Both the position numbers and the translations under genes were made by a program. Shown piece by piece: positions 50,091 to 60,333 of a DNA stretch of 64,000 nucleotides (position 1 is the first letter of the stretch; each line of letters opens with the position of its first letter). The stretch is from an uncultured Candidatus Saccharibacteria bacterium (GTDB taxonomy: Bacteria; Patescibacteriota; Dojkabacteria; SC72): contig CAYOEG010000001.1 of the NCBI GenBank assembly GCA_964403155.1, forward strand, positions 85,550 through 149,549, in the 5' to 3' direction. Under the pieces are notes generated by a model that was given only the letters and a program-made list of their open reading frames with translations, searched no databases and was not told where the DNA came from.

Positions 50091-50850
50091 AGTTGCGTAC
50101 TGAAGTTTTAGGTGTTCTATAAAATACAGATTCATAATCTATTGGCTTACCTTCCTCAGCAGCAATCCAAGGAACATCCTGGTGAGAATATGCACTCAAT
50201 TCTGTTGCATTCTTATCTGATAATCGAGCTAATACCTCATCTATGTGCTTAAGCTCTTGAGCATTAAGTAACTTAGCTAGGTTAGGCTCTCTAACAGCTA
50301 AGTATTTTGTTTGAGGATACTGAAATGACTTACTTTTAATAATTTCCAATTCACCTTCATTTATCATCCTCTCTGTTAATTTCTTAAATTCAACAGGTGT
50401 CGGACCAAAATGATTTTTTATGTATGTAGCACCTATTAACTGCTCCTCGTACTTTTCATAATAATCAAAGTCGATAAAATACAGAAGCTTATACAAAACC
50501 GTTTCCCCAACATTGGGCTTGCCCCCTACTTGTGAAAGAATATATAACAAGATTTCTCTAAATTTATCGAAGTTCCTCTGTGGAACACTAATTCTTAATT
50601 CTTGCGACTTACTCTTATCTACCGTGCTTTCTTTAATATCAACATTAATAGAAGACTCCTCCTCGTTGATAAGCTGGTTAAATGTAAGATCTAATAGCTT
50701 TGCAATAACCTTAACTTCACGCAAAGTCATATCCCTTTCTCCCTTTTCCAGAGCAATATACGTTGGACGAGACATATCCAATTTTTTCGCAAAATACTCC
50801 TGTGAGAGGCCTTTTTTTTCTCTCATTTTTTGGATGAAATTTTGAATCAT
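50071..50850 (-). CDS. XRE HTH fused to DUF4065 (Panacea/SocA) antitoxin
   Basis: REKKGLSQ...YIALEKGER; LYKLLYFIDF, FGPTP, SHQDVPW. Confidence 0.88.
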   Translation of the reverse strand: MIQNFIQKMREKKGLSQEYFAKKLDMSRPTYIALEKGERDMTLREVKVIAKLLDLTFNQLINEEESSINVDIKESTVDKSKSQELRISVPQRNFDKFREILLYILSQVGGKPNVGETVLYKLLYFIDFDYYEKYEEQLIGATYIKNHFGPTPVEFKKLTERMINEGELEIIKSKSFQYPQTKYLAVREPNLAKLLNAQELKHIDEVLARLSDKNATELSAYSHQDVPWIAAEEGKPIDYESVFYRTPKTSVRNYGENQL

Positions 50851-50878
50851 AATATTTAGGCAGTTAAAAATTTAACTT

Positions 50879-51010
50879 CTATTTCTTTGATTTTTCTCTT
50901 TGGGACAATGCGCTTGCGGCAACAGATTTCGTTTTTTTTGTTGTCCTTTTGTTTCTTAAAAGCGAGGAAGCTTTCTTAGCAACTCTTGCACTGGTTTTCT
51001 TCTTAGCCAT
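50879..51010 (-). CDS. Small basic protein (43 aa)
   Basis: MAKKKTSARVAKKASSLLR...KSVAASALSQ. Confidence 0.65.
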   Translation of the reverse strand: MAKKKTSARVAKKASSLLRNKRTTKKTKSVAASALSQREKSKK

Positions 51011-51103
51011 AGTGTATTTCATATATAATTTATCGTATCTACACATTGTATCAATGTAAACCGGGTTTGTCAACGCATAAGTAAAGTATATTTTACAAAG
51101 GCC

Positions 51104-51538
51104 CTAGCACTTCTTGGTAAAATAATACCCATTTTTTTCAAACCCATTCGATTCATAGAATCTATGAGTATCTGTTCTCTTTATATTTGAATGCAACTCT
51201 ACTCTGTAACACCCTTTTTCTTTTGCTAGTCCCACTGCTTTATCTAATAGCATCTTCCCAACTCCATGATTACGATAAGTTTTGCCAACAATTAACTCAT
51301 CGATCAATCCTATCCTTAAATAATGGATATTATCTTTTATTTCCAAGGTACATAATCCAACAACTCTATCATTATCTCTTGCTACAAGGTATATTCTTCT
51401 TCCTGTTTCCAAATCTGTTTGATAAATAGCTTTAAGTTTTTCTTCATCTAAAAGATCCCATCTAGGCCAAAGTTGCTTATACAAACACATGATATCTAAA
51501 AAATCTGCGTTAACCGCATCATCTATTTGAGTTTGCAT
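51104..51538 (-). CDS. GNAT family acetyltransferase
   Basis: YRNHGVGKMLL, FYESNGF; start moved downstream of the tRNA. Confidence 0.9.
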   Translation of the reverse strand: MQTQIDDAVNADFLDIMCLYKQLWPRWDLLDEEKLKAIYQTDLETGRRIYLVARDNDRVVGLCTLEIKDNIHYLRIGLIDELIVGKTYRNHGVGKMLLDKAVGLAKEKGCYRVELHSNIKRTDTHRFYESNGFEKNGYYFTKKC

Positions 51539-51562
51539 AGAAATTTGAAAATAAAAATTGTA

Positions 51563-51652
<90 letters not shown>

Positions 51653-51691
51653 AAACAAAAGGATTATACCAAACAAATCATTAATACTAAA

Positions 51692-52048
51692 CTATACAAT
51701 CTCCCCAATCTCGCTCTTCACCCTATTAGCCTTATCTTGATCCCCATAGTCAAGACCCCAATCAAGAGCTTGTTTAGCATCCCAACTCTCAATACCAGTC
51801 TCTCTAGTCGCTGTAATATCTGGCAATTTTTCAGAATATGTAAATTTACAAACCTTTTGGGGTAAAAGTGTCAAAAAATATGCACCCGTAATACCCGCGG
51901 ATTGCTTAACTTTATTCTCTGCTGATTCCCCAAGTCTTCTCATCTGTTCAATAGTTTGAATACAAGTAACAACCTCGCATTTTCTTGCATCTTCGAAAGG
52001 CTCACCCAGATCAACCATTACATTTCGTTCTTCCCAGTCTTGGAACAT
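51692..52048 (-). CDS. Hypothetical protein
   Basis: 118 aa ORF. Confidence 0.55.
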   Translation of the reverse strand: MFQDWEERNVMVDLGEPFEDARKCEVVTCIQTIEQMRRLGESAENKVKQSAGITGAYFLTLLPQKVCKFTYSEKLPDITATRETGIESWDAKQALDWGLDYGDQDKANRVKSEIGEIV

Positions 52049-52094
52049 AGTGATATTTATAACAACTTATAGTAATTATTATATCACAAGCACC

Positions 52095-53036
52095 CTATTT
52101 AATCTCATATCCCCCTTCAAAAATAGCCTTAATAACCTCTTCTAAATTAGGTTCACTAATATCCAAATCTTTTACCCTAAAAGAATTAAGTAACTCCTTA
52201 GACATATCGCTAACCCTCTCCCTATCTACCTCCAAAATCCCCTCATTATTTATACACTCCTTCAAATACCCACTCCCCTCAAAAACCTTAGGATCAATAT
52301 CCTCATCCAAAACAAAATGAATAACCTTCTTCTTAGCATACCCCTCTATCAATTCAGAAATTCTACCATCATACAAAACCAACCCATTATCTATAACTAT
52401 AACTCTCTTACACAAATCTGAAACATCCTCCATATTATGACTAGTCAATATAACGGAAGCATGATATCTCTTGTTATACTCCTTTATAAATGCTCTCAAG
52501 TTATGCTGGGAAACCACATCCAAACCAATAGTAGGCTCATCCAAAAACACTAACTCAGGAGTATGAAGAAGCGCAGATATAATCTCACAACGCATACGCT
52601 CCCCTAAGGAGAGATTCCTCGTAGGCTTCTCAATCACATCCTTAACACCCAACACCTCCACCATATCATCCAAAATATCCTTGTACTCCTTCTCCCCTAT
52701 ACCATATATCTCCTTATTTAATTTGAAAGTCTCAATAGGAGCTAACTCCCACCACAATTGACTCTTTTGTCCCATTACCAAAGCAATCCTAGAAAGAAAA
52801 TCATTCTTACGTTTTGAAGGAGTAAAACCCAAAACATCCACCACACCACCATCTGGATACAACAAACCCGAAAGACATTTCAAAGTAGTAGTCTTCCCAG
52901 CCCCATTAGGGCCAATGAATCCAACAATCTCCTCTCTAAAAATATCAAACGAGATATCCTTAACAGCTTCAACATCTCCACCCTTCGTACGATATATCTT
53001 CCTTAAATTTTCTACATGTACAACAGCTTCTTTCAT
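52095..53036 (-). CDS. ABC-2 type transporter ATP-binding protein
   Basis: GPNGAGKTT, LSLGERMR, FLDEPT, TSH. Confidence 0.93.
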   Translation of the reverse strand: MKEAVVHVENLRKIYRTKGGDVEAVKDISFDIFREEIVGFIGPNGAGKTTTLKCLSGLLYPDGGVVDVLGFTPSKRKNDFLSRIALVMGQKSQLWWELAPIETFKLNKEIYGIGEKEYKDILDDMVEVLGVKDVIEKPTRNLSLGERMRCEIISALLHTPELVFLDEPTIGLDVVSQHNLRAFIKEYNKRYHASVILTSHNMEDVSDLCKRVIVIDNGLVLYDGRISELIEGYAKKKVIHFVLDEDIDPKVFEGSGYLKECINNEGILEVDRERVSDMSKELLNSFRVKDLDISEPNLEEVIKAIFEGGYEIK

Positions 53037-53077
53037 ATTTAATTGACTATTACTTAACATTTACAATATCATTAATA

Positions 53078-54283
53078 ATGAAAACTGCCAACATATCAAG
53101 AATAGCACTCGCCCTTATCCTAACCACATCTCTCGCATCTGGAGTACTAGCAACAGACCTAGGATCAACCAATTACAAAATAGTAGGTGCTACCACATCA
53201 ACAGGAGGAGGCTTACTAGATTCAGTATCTGGCAACTACAGCCTCATGAATTCACTCGGTAACATATCGGCAGACCCCAGAGTATATTCAACTAACTACA
53301 GACTCCAACAAGATCCATCTTCTAATTTTCTAGCCGCTCAACCCACTGTTAAATGTTTCGAAACTACCACCAATGGAAGTACAAGCTGCGAATCAGGACC
53401 AGCAGAACTACTTGCTGGAGGTATGGTTGCAATCTGTGGAACAGGAGGATGTTACAACAAAGCTAGATTTGAATTAACTCCAAACAGCAACCCCTCAGAC
53501 ACCCTGTACACCGTTGCCATCTCTACAGATAATTTTACAAATGATATTAAATACATAGATGGAGCCACATTCTTACCTGAAAGTGCAAGTAATCACAATA
53601 TTAATGATTTCAGAACAGAAACATATTGGGAAACAGAAGTATTCAATATACAGGGATTAATGGCTAACACACTCTACTATGTTCGTATATCAGCCTTAAG
53701 TGGTGACTTCACACAATCTGATTACAGTATAGCTACGAGTACAACCACTGGAAGTGGAAATATATTCTTTGATATTGATATAGCACCAACAAGTGGAGTT
53801 ACTACAGAAACTTCCTCTCCATATACAATCTCATTTACAGGCAATGATGATCTCATGGCAGGTGCAGCAGCTACAACCGCACCTAATTTAGTATGGCTAG
53901 ATATTTCAAGTAATTCGGCAGGAGGAGTTGCAGTTATACAGTTTGGTAAAAATGGAGGACTTTATAGTGCAACCACAACCCAAACCATTACATCTGCAGA
54001 TGCAAATCTAGATACTGTGACTGAGGGCTTTGGGTTACAAAGTTACTACGTTGACAATGACACCTCTGCATACCTTGGAGATTTAACTGCAGAGACTAAC
54101 TATGGTGGAAGTATTAATACGGTGGGAGCTGTAGAAACAACCGCAAACAAAATATATGATGGAGACGGGCCTATCCAAAATGGCCGTATAGCAATGTATT
54201 TGAAGGCAAGAGCATCTACTAGCATGACCCCCGCTACAGACTACTCCGAAGAAATATATTTCATATTAGTACCACGATATTAG
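53078..54283 (+). CDS. Secreted beta-rich protein with FN3-like segment and WxL-like C-terminal domain
   Basis: Signal peptide; GLMANTLYYVRISA; ends DYSEEIYFILVPRY. Confidence 0.65.
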   Translation: MKTANISRIALALILTTSLASGVLATDLGSTNYKIVGATTSTGGGLLDSVSGNYSLMNSLGNISADPRVYSTNYRLQQDPSSNFLAAQPTVKCFETTTNGSTSCESGPAELLAGGMVAICGTGGCYNKARFELTPNSNPSDTLYTVAISTDNFTNDIKYIDGATFLPESASNHNINDFRTETYWETEVFNIQGLMANTLYYVRISALSGDFTQSDYSIATSTTTGSGNIFFDIDIAPTSGVTTETSSPYTISFTGNDDLMAGAAATTAPNLVWLDISSNSAGGVAVIQFGKNGGLYSATTTQTITSADANLDTVTEGFGLQSYYVDNDTSAYLGDLTAETNYGGSINTVGAVETTANKIYDGDGPIQNGRIAMYLKARASTSMTPATDYSEEIYFILVPRY

Positions 54284-54359
54284 TATTTGACAAGAAGGTG
54301 AGATTTAGATAGATTATTAATGTATTATTCGCCCTACTATATTATTTCTGCCCAACAAT

Positions 54360-55493
54360 ATGAAAAAGAATACAATAAAGGCAAGCAGTCTGATCGCAGT
54401 ACTCTTATCTATCATCATCGTCGCAATGTATCCTGCATTCAGTTCAAAAGCAAATGCTTTAAGTGCAGTATATTTCTACCTAAGTAGAATACAAGCCAAT
54501 ATTAATGGATCCTCAGCTACCATTGAGTATGTTTTAGCAGTTGATACAAGTCAAACGATCCCATCTGGAGGTACAGTAACCATAACCTTCCCAGATAATG
54601 ATGACGCTAACTGGTGTAGAACCGCAGGTTCATTAACAGTAACCGCAGTAGCTTCGTCAATTGCAGATCTTGCAACCACAAACTGGGCTATAGATAGTGC
54701 ATTACCAGATTCAGGAACTGCCCTATCTGCAGCATGTACACAAGGATCAGGATCTTCTTCTGTTGATACCATAACCATATCTAATGTTGGTGCCCTAACA
54801 GGTGGTACTACATATGGTGTTAAACTTGCAAATGGAACCGCTGCAGGAGTATTAGGAACAGATGATACAGCTGGAGAACATGAGGTAACAGTTGAAACAA
54901 AAAATGGGGCTACCATAGACTCAGGAACCTTTAAGCTATACCTCGTATCTAACGATACAGTTACTGTATCTGCCACAGTCTCTTCAGTGCCTTCGGTCAA
55001 CTGTACAATTAGCACTAACAGTGTGAACCTAGGTTCTTTGTATCCAGGTGGATCATATTCAACCATCACTCACGAGATATCCACAAGTACATCTACAACC
55101 ACCAGTGGCTATTACTGGGCAGCATATGGACATGGTGATAGCTCAACGGATGCAGGACTCTACAAGTCTTCTGCCACGACATACCTTATACCCTCAACAG
55201 GAAGTAGTACTATCGACCTTACTGGGGTTGGAGCCGAAGGCTTCGGAATGACAGTATCAGATCCAGATGGTGCAGGATCAGCAGCAGTTGCTACAGATTT
55301 TGGGAACGGTACTACAGGTACATTCGGAGCATTGAACATGGGAGTATCAGGAGCACAGTTAATCTTGTATCAGAACGGTTCTCAATCTACCTCGGAAAGT
55401 TCAACAATAACATACGGAGCTAGAGCAGGATCATCAGCTGTAGCAGGTAGCTACTCAGAAACAGTGACCTTTGTCTGTGGTGGATACTATTAG
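54360..55493 (+). CDS. Secreted Ser/Thr/Gly-rich protein with WxL-like C-terminal domain
   Basis: Signal peptide (ANA-L); EGFG motif shared with previous gene; ends AGSYSETVTFVCGGYY. Confidence 0.7.
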   Translation: MKKNTIKASSLIAVLLSIIIVAMYPAFSSKANALSAVYFYLSRIQANINGSSATIEYVLAVDTSQTIPSGGTVTITFPDNDDANWCRTAGSLTVTAVASSIADLATTNWAIDSALPDSGTALSAACTQGSGSSSVDTITISNVGALTGGTTYGVKLANGTAAGVLGTDDTAGEHEVTVETKNGATIDSGTFKLYLVSNDTVTVSATVSSVPSVNCTISTNSVNLGSLYPGGSYSTITHEISTSTSTTTSGYYWAAYGHGDSSTDAGLYKSSATTYLIPSTGSSTIDLTGVGAEGFGMTVSDPDGAGSAAVATDFGNGTTGTFGALNMGVSGAQLILYQNGSQSTSESSTITYGARAGSSAVAGSYSETVTFVCGGYY

Positions 55494-55500
55494 TACAAAT

Positions 55501-56490
55501 ATGATTAAGAATGTATATACCCACACTGCCCAAATCCTGACAGTATTACTGTCTGTTTTTGCACTCTCATTTCTCTTTGTCCGCCCCACCCTTGCAAACA
55601 GTATCTCTATTGGTACTGCACCTACATCTGAAAAATTAAAACTCTCCCCAGGACAAAAATATAATGGAGAGCTAGTAGTATGGAATCTTACAGAGAAAGC
55701 CATCGATTACGATATAACAATCCGCGGATTCAAACAGATTGAGAATCAGCCTGGTACAGCAGTTTTGCTAACAGAAGATGAAGAAGCTCGATCATTGTAC
55801 ACCGCCACATCATGGCTAAAGGCTAGCATCTCCGAACTCACACTTGTGCCTAACAAAAATGAAAAAATCTACTATGAAATCAATGTCCCAGCAGATGTAA
55901 CAAAAGGAGAATATACTGTAATGATAGCGTTCATATCACAGAATGAAGCCCAACTATCTGGCACAGGAGCACTCACTACACTCTCTGCAGGTATGCCAAT
56001 CTTGATACAAATTGGGGATGAATTCGTCGAGAATGCAGAACTCCTAGATTTCTATACCACAGAAAAACTTTTTGAATACCCAAATCTCACCTTCTACACA
56101 AGAATCAAAAACCTAGGAGACACTCACATCTCGCCAGTTGGTGAAATAATACTCACAAATATATTTGGGCAAGAGATCACAGCCATACAATTTAATCCAA
56201 ATGGCCAAAGTATATTAAGAGACAATACTGGAAACTATGAAACCACTTGGAACCTTGGATCATTCTTAACTAAAGACAAAGCTATCGTCTTAGGTCCGAT
56301 CAAAGCAAAGCTAATTGTTACCTACCGTAGCTTCCAACCAGGCTTCGCACCACTTACATCAGAGATATCGTTCTGGATATTACCTTGGAAACTCATATTG
56401 ATAGCATTGGTTGCAATAATCACAGTTATTGTCATAATAAAGACAGTAAAAAAGAAGAAGAAAAATGTATCTCGTCCATTGCCTAGATGA
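55501..56490 (+). CDS. DUF916/DUF3324-like cell-surface protein with C-terminal anchor
   Basis: Signal peptide; LSPGQ...VWN, INVPADVTKGEY, KNLGDTH..P.G; TM plus poly-Lys. Confidence 0.72.
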   Translation: MIKNVYTHTAQILTVLLSVFALSFLFVRPTLANSISIGTAPTSEKLKLSPGQKYNGELVVWNLTEKAIDYDITIRGFKQIENQPGTAVLLTEDEEARSLYTATSWLKASISELTLVPNKNEKIYYEINVPADVTKGEYTVMIAFISQNEAQLSGTGALTTLSAGMPILIQIGDEFVENAELLDFYTTEKLFEYPNLTFYTRIKNLGDTHISPVGEIILTNIFGQEITAIQFNPNGQSILRDNTGNYETTWNLGSFLTKDKAIVLGPIKAKLIVTYRSFQPGFAPLTSEISFWILPWKLILIALVAIITVIVIIKTVKKKKKNVSRPLPR

Positions 56491-57401
56491 AGTTGAAATT
56501 TACACTAACAATTTTCTTTGCAGTAATACTGTTACTAATTAGTAGTAACCTTGTATTTGCGGATTCCTTAACACCATCCATTTTTGAGAAAAGTATCCCA
56601 GTTGGATCGAAATCCACAGGAGAAGTGATATTTAAAAATGAAAGCCCCGATGAAGTTACAATAAAGCCATATGTATCTGCATATGATTCTAAACTACTCC
56701 AATTGATATCCGATGAGAAAAGTATATTCATCGATATGGATGTAGAAACATACAAAGTACAGCCCGGAGAAACACTAACATTGGCATATGAAATAACTCC
56801 GCCAGCAAACCTTCCCCTTGGGACATATTTCAACCTAATAGTTTTACAAAAAATAATGCCTTCTACATACTTGAGTACAGAGAATACAACAGGCACCATT
56901 GATTCCCTCTCTCAACTAGTTGCCATTCACATACTAGAGCAATCCGAGACAGGTGTTTTAGGTATTAAAGCAGATTTTGCTTCAATAACAATGGATGTGC
57001 TAGATAAGGGAATACCTTTCCTTAAACCTACAGTAGTCAAATATACATATCAAAATACTACAAACTATGTGCTAGATCCAAAAGGAGAGATACAGGTTTT
57101 TGATGGAAAAAGTACTTACTCGCCAATATACAAACAGATAAATGGAGAAAACAAGAAACTATATCCTAAAGATACCATAGAAGAGACTCTCTCCATCAGC
57201 GATTGGCATCTTTCTGATTTACTTTTTGGGAGAAAAATCGTTGGATACTTCTACAATGGTATTGATGAAAACTCAATAACTTCTGGGCCAGTTACAACAA
57301 GCTATTATGCCTACCTAGGTATTCTTGGTGGGATAGTAATATTGATTGGAGTATTGATAAAAGCAATAGCATCAGATAATAAAAAGAAAGGGACTAAATA
57401 A
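56487..57401 (+). CDS. Second DUF916-like cell-surface protein
   Basis: Same layout: LTPS...FKN, PPANLPLGTY, QNTTNY..P.G; TM plus basic tail. Confidence 0.68.
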   Translation: MKLKFTLTIFFAVILLLISSNLVFADSLTPSIFEKSIPVGSKSTGEVIFKNESPDEVTIKPYVSAYDSKLLQLISDEKSIFIDMDVETYKVQPGETLTLAYEITPPANLPLGTYFNLIVLQKIMPSTYLSTENTTGTIDSLSQLVAIHILEQSETGVLGIKADFASITMDVLDKGIPFLKPTVVKYTYQNTTNYVLDPKGEIQVFDGKSTYSPIYKQINGENKKLYPKDTIEETLSISDWHLSDLLFGRKIVGYFYNGIDENSITSGPVTTSYYAYLGILGGIVILIGVLIKAIASDNKKKGTK

Positions 57402-58263
57402 TATCCTTTGTTGTTTTAAAGGATATCTTAGAAACATTCGGCAATTCCTTCTCTCCATAAAGTTTTAGAAACTCCCTACCCTTCTCTATGACATTGGAAG
57501 CTCCTTTAGGGAAATCAAATTTGTATCTCTCAGACATACTCTTCATCTCATTTAAGAATATCCCTCTAGCAATGACAGATGCAGCAGCCACAGCGATATC
57601 TGACTCCCCTTTATGATGCTGATCTATATCTGCACCTTGTCCGAATCTTCCAAGTTCATTCAAAATTCTAGCCTTACTGTTTGAGAACTGATCAATAACC
57701 ACAGTATTGCATTCAATATTCTTAGACTTAAGATCCTCTAATCCCATCTCAATAACTTTGGAATGTTGCCTTGCAAGCAATATCGCCACATTCTTAGTTT
57801 CCTTTTGAATTCTGTTATACTCCTCAGGCACCACAATACTTGCATAGTAATATGCATAATCTTTTAACTGCTCGTACATCTCAAGAATCTTTTTGTCTGA
57901 GAATTTTTTAGAGTCACCTACACCAATGTTTTTAAATATTTCTAGATTGTCCGAATTAACAAAATAAGAAACTACTACTAATGGACCAAAATAATCACCC
58001 TTTCCTACTTCATCTACTCCTAGGTGAGGAGTAATCTTTTCATCTTTACTAGCTACTTCAAATATATCTGAGAAATCTTCGTTACCTTGTAAAACTAATT
58101 TTCCACTGGTATATAGCATAGCAGTAGAACCAAGATAGCTTTTCATTCTCCATAATACATACTCGTTGGGAGCTTTTTCATTCTTCCAATCCAATTTAGA
58201 AAGGATATCTTTGTATTTGTTAAATTCTTCTTTTGATATTTGTATTGTTTTAGTATTTTGCAT
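57394..58263 (-). CDS. rnhC: Ribonuclease HIII
   Basis: YTSGKLVLQG TBP-like domain; GVDEVGKGDYFGP, DSKK, IDQF, VAAASVIAR. Confidence 0.95.
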   Translation of the reverse strand: MQNTKTIQISKEEFNKYKDILSKLDWKNEKAPNEYVLWRMKSYLGSTAMLYTSGKLVLQGNEDFSDIFEVASKDEKITPHLGVDEVGKGDYFGPLVVVSYFVNSDNLEIFKNIGVGDSKKFSDKKILEMYEQLKDYAYYYASIVVPEEYNRIQKETKNVAILLARQHSKVIEMGLEDLKSKNIECNTVVIDQFSNSKARILNELGRFGQGADIDQHHKGESDIAVAAASVIARGIFLNEMKSMSERYKFDFPKGASNVIEKGREFLKLYGEKELPNVSKISFKTTKDII

Positions 58264-59683
58264 ATTTGGTACCTTCTGGTGTATCCATTACTTTGTAACC
58301 CATATCTTCGATCATTTTTCTGTAGTTATCTGCTTGAGCATAGTCCTTGTTAGCCCTAGCTTCATCTCTTTTCTTAGCATATTCTTCCACTTGGGTATCT
58401 AGATTAACCTCTTCTTTCTTCACCATATTCAATTCCAATCCTAATACTTTGTCGAAATCCAATATGGTAGCCAAGATATCTTCTCGGGAATTATTAGATT
58501 TTAGCAACTCATTTACAATGGCCATTACTTCAGACATATTAAGATTGTTGTTTAATGCATTTTTAAATCTTTCTACATATCCAGAAAGCAAATCACCTTT
58601 AATATCTCCTAATTCAGCTACCCGTTTGTTTATATTTAACCTAGCATTCCTAGCCCCATCTAGAGCCTCTGTAGAGAACTGTAGCTTTGTATGGTAGTTA
58701 GTAGATGCAAAGAGGTATCGAAGATCCAATGGATCATATCCTTGACTTACAACACCTGGTAGGTCATCTGCATTGCCTGCGCTTTTTGCTAATTTTTCGT
58801 CATCTTTTGTAACCACCCACTCATTATGTATCCAATACTTAACAACAGGTTGTCCAAAAGCACCAATATTCTGTGCTCTTTCGTTAGGATGATGTACAGG
58901 CACATGATCAATACCACCTGTATGGATATCAAATTGTTCTCCTAATGCTTTGGTACCCATTGCAGAACATTCAATATGCCATCCTGGGAAACCTACACCC
59001 CATGGTGATTCCCAATGCATCTCATGATCAGCATACTTACCTACTCGCTTCATCCAGAGTACAAAATCTGCAGGATGTTTTTTGTTAGGATCTACTCCAA
59101 CCTCTTCCCTTACTCCTACTTCTTTGTCCTCAAGTTTTTGTCCTGTGAATATGGTGTAATCAGGTATTTTGTTTACATCAAAATATACTGCTTGTTCAGT
59201 TTCGTATGTATATCCATTTTTCTCTATCATCTGTACAAGCTCTATCATCCTATCAATGTTGTTTGTAGCCCTCATCCATCCGTAGTTTTCAACATTTTTG
59301 TAATCCATATCTGCAGGAATCACTTGTCCGTCTGGTGCAAGTATATTTAGTGCCTTGAAATCTTCTAATACTGTATCTATATATTTATTTGCTACATCTA
59401 TTGCCGTTATACCTTCCTTCTCTGCTTCTCTATCCATTTTATCTTCTCCGAAGTCTTCATCGTGGCTCATGTGTCCTACATCTGTGAAGTTCATCACTCG
59501 TTTGACGTCATAGCCTAGATATACCAATGCTCTGTGGAGGATATCCCAGTTTATATATGCACGTATGTTTCCTATATGCATTCTGTAATATACTGTTGGT
59601 CCACAACTATATATGGAGATTTGGTTTTGTTTTATGGGTTGTATTTCTACAATTCCTCTGTCTAGGGTTGAGTATAATTTCAT
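58250..59683 (-). CDS. cysS: Cysteine--tRNA ligase
   Basis: CGPTVY, HIGN, GFPGWHIECSAM, HTGGIDH, KLAKS. Confidence 0.97.
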   Translation of the reverse strand: MKLYSTLDRGIVEIQPIKQNQISIYSCGPTVYYRMHIGNIRAYINWDILHRALVYLGYDVKRVMNFTDVGHMSHDEDFGEDKMDREAEKEGITAIDVANKYIDTVLEDFKALNILAPDGQVIPADMDYKNVENYGWMRATNNIDRMIELVQMIEKNGYTYETEQAVYFDVNKIPDYTIFTGQKLEDKEVGVREEVGVDPNKKHPADFVLWMKRVGKYADHEMHWESPWGVGFPGWHIECSAMGTKALGEQFDIHTGGIDHVPVHHPNERAQNIGAFGQPVVKYWIHNEWVVTKDDEKLAKSAGNADDLPGVVSQGYDPLDLRYLFASTNYHTKLQFSTEALDGARNARLNINKRVAELGDIKGDLLSGYVERFKNALNNNLNMSEVMAIVNELLKSNNSREDILATILDFDKVLGLELNMVKKEEVNLDTQVEEYAKKRDEARANKDYAQADNYRKMIEDMGYKVMDTPEGTKYAKY

Positions 59684-59778
59684 GATTATTGATTATATCA
59701 GATTCGATAAATTATAGAGGTAACTATCCTAATCTGTTCATTATATCCCAACTATATTAAAGGCTGTATAATCTGAAT

Positions 59779-60234
59779 ATGGTTACCATACAAGAAGCAA
59801 ATATAGCTCAAGCTGAAGAGATTGCAGATGTTGTAAGACAATCTGTTCTTTTTGAACATCCAAAAGTATATCCAGAAGACAAGATACAGAATGTATTAAG
59901 TATATATACTCCTGAAAAGATTGAAGGATATATTAATGATGGGAAATATTATGTAGCTATGGAAGATAATAAGGTTGTCGGTTGTGTATTTACCGGTAAG
60001 GAGAGTGAGATGGACTCTTTGTATGTACTACCAGAATATATGAGGAAAGGTATTGGATCTATGTTAGCTGAGAAGGCAGAACAACGTATAAAGGAATTGG
60101 GGTATGATCATGTTTGGATATGGGCCAGTTTGTTAGCTGTAGATTTTTACAAGTCTAGAGGATATGTTCAAGAATCTGATATTACAGACAAGAATGGAAA
60201 TACTTGGTACTTAGGGATGAGAAAGAGGTTTTAG
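59779..60234 (+). CDS. GNAT family acetyltransferase
   Basis: LYVLPEYMRKGIG, FYKSRGY. Confidence 0.9.
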   Translation: MVTIQEANIAQAEEIADVVRQSVLFEHPKVYPEDKIQNVLSIYTPEKIEGYINDGKYYVAMEDNKVVGCVFTGKESEMDSLYVLPEYMRKGIGSMLAEKAEQRIKELGYDHVWIWASLLAVDFYKSRGYVQESDITDKNGNTWYLGMRKRF

Positions 60235-60279
60235 AAAATAGTTTTCAAATATATCTCTTAAATACAGATATGCAATTCA

Positions 60280-60320
60280 CTCGTGTGCCAGGTTGTCTTT
60301 TGGACAAGAAGGCACACGAG
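60280..60320 (-). terminator. Bulged 3' hairpin of orphan gene
   Basis: ctcgtgtgcc-agg-ttgtc / gacaa-gaa-ggcacacgag. Confidence 0.65.
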
Positions 60321-60333
60321 GTGCAGAGGGAGC

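Noticed and set aside
54551-55069. 172-aa minus-strand ORF
   Set aside because: Antisense shadow of the Ser/Thr-rich secreted gene
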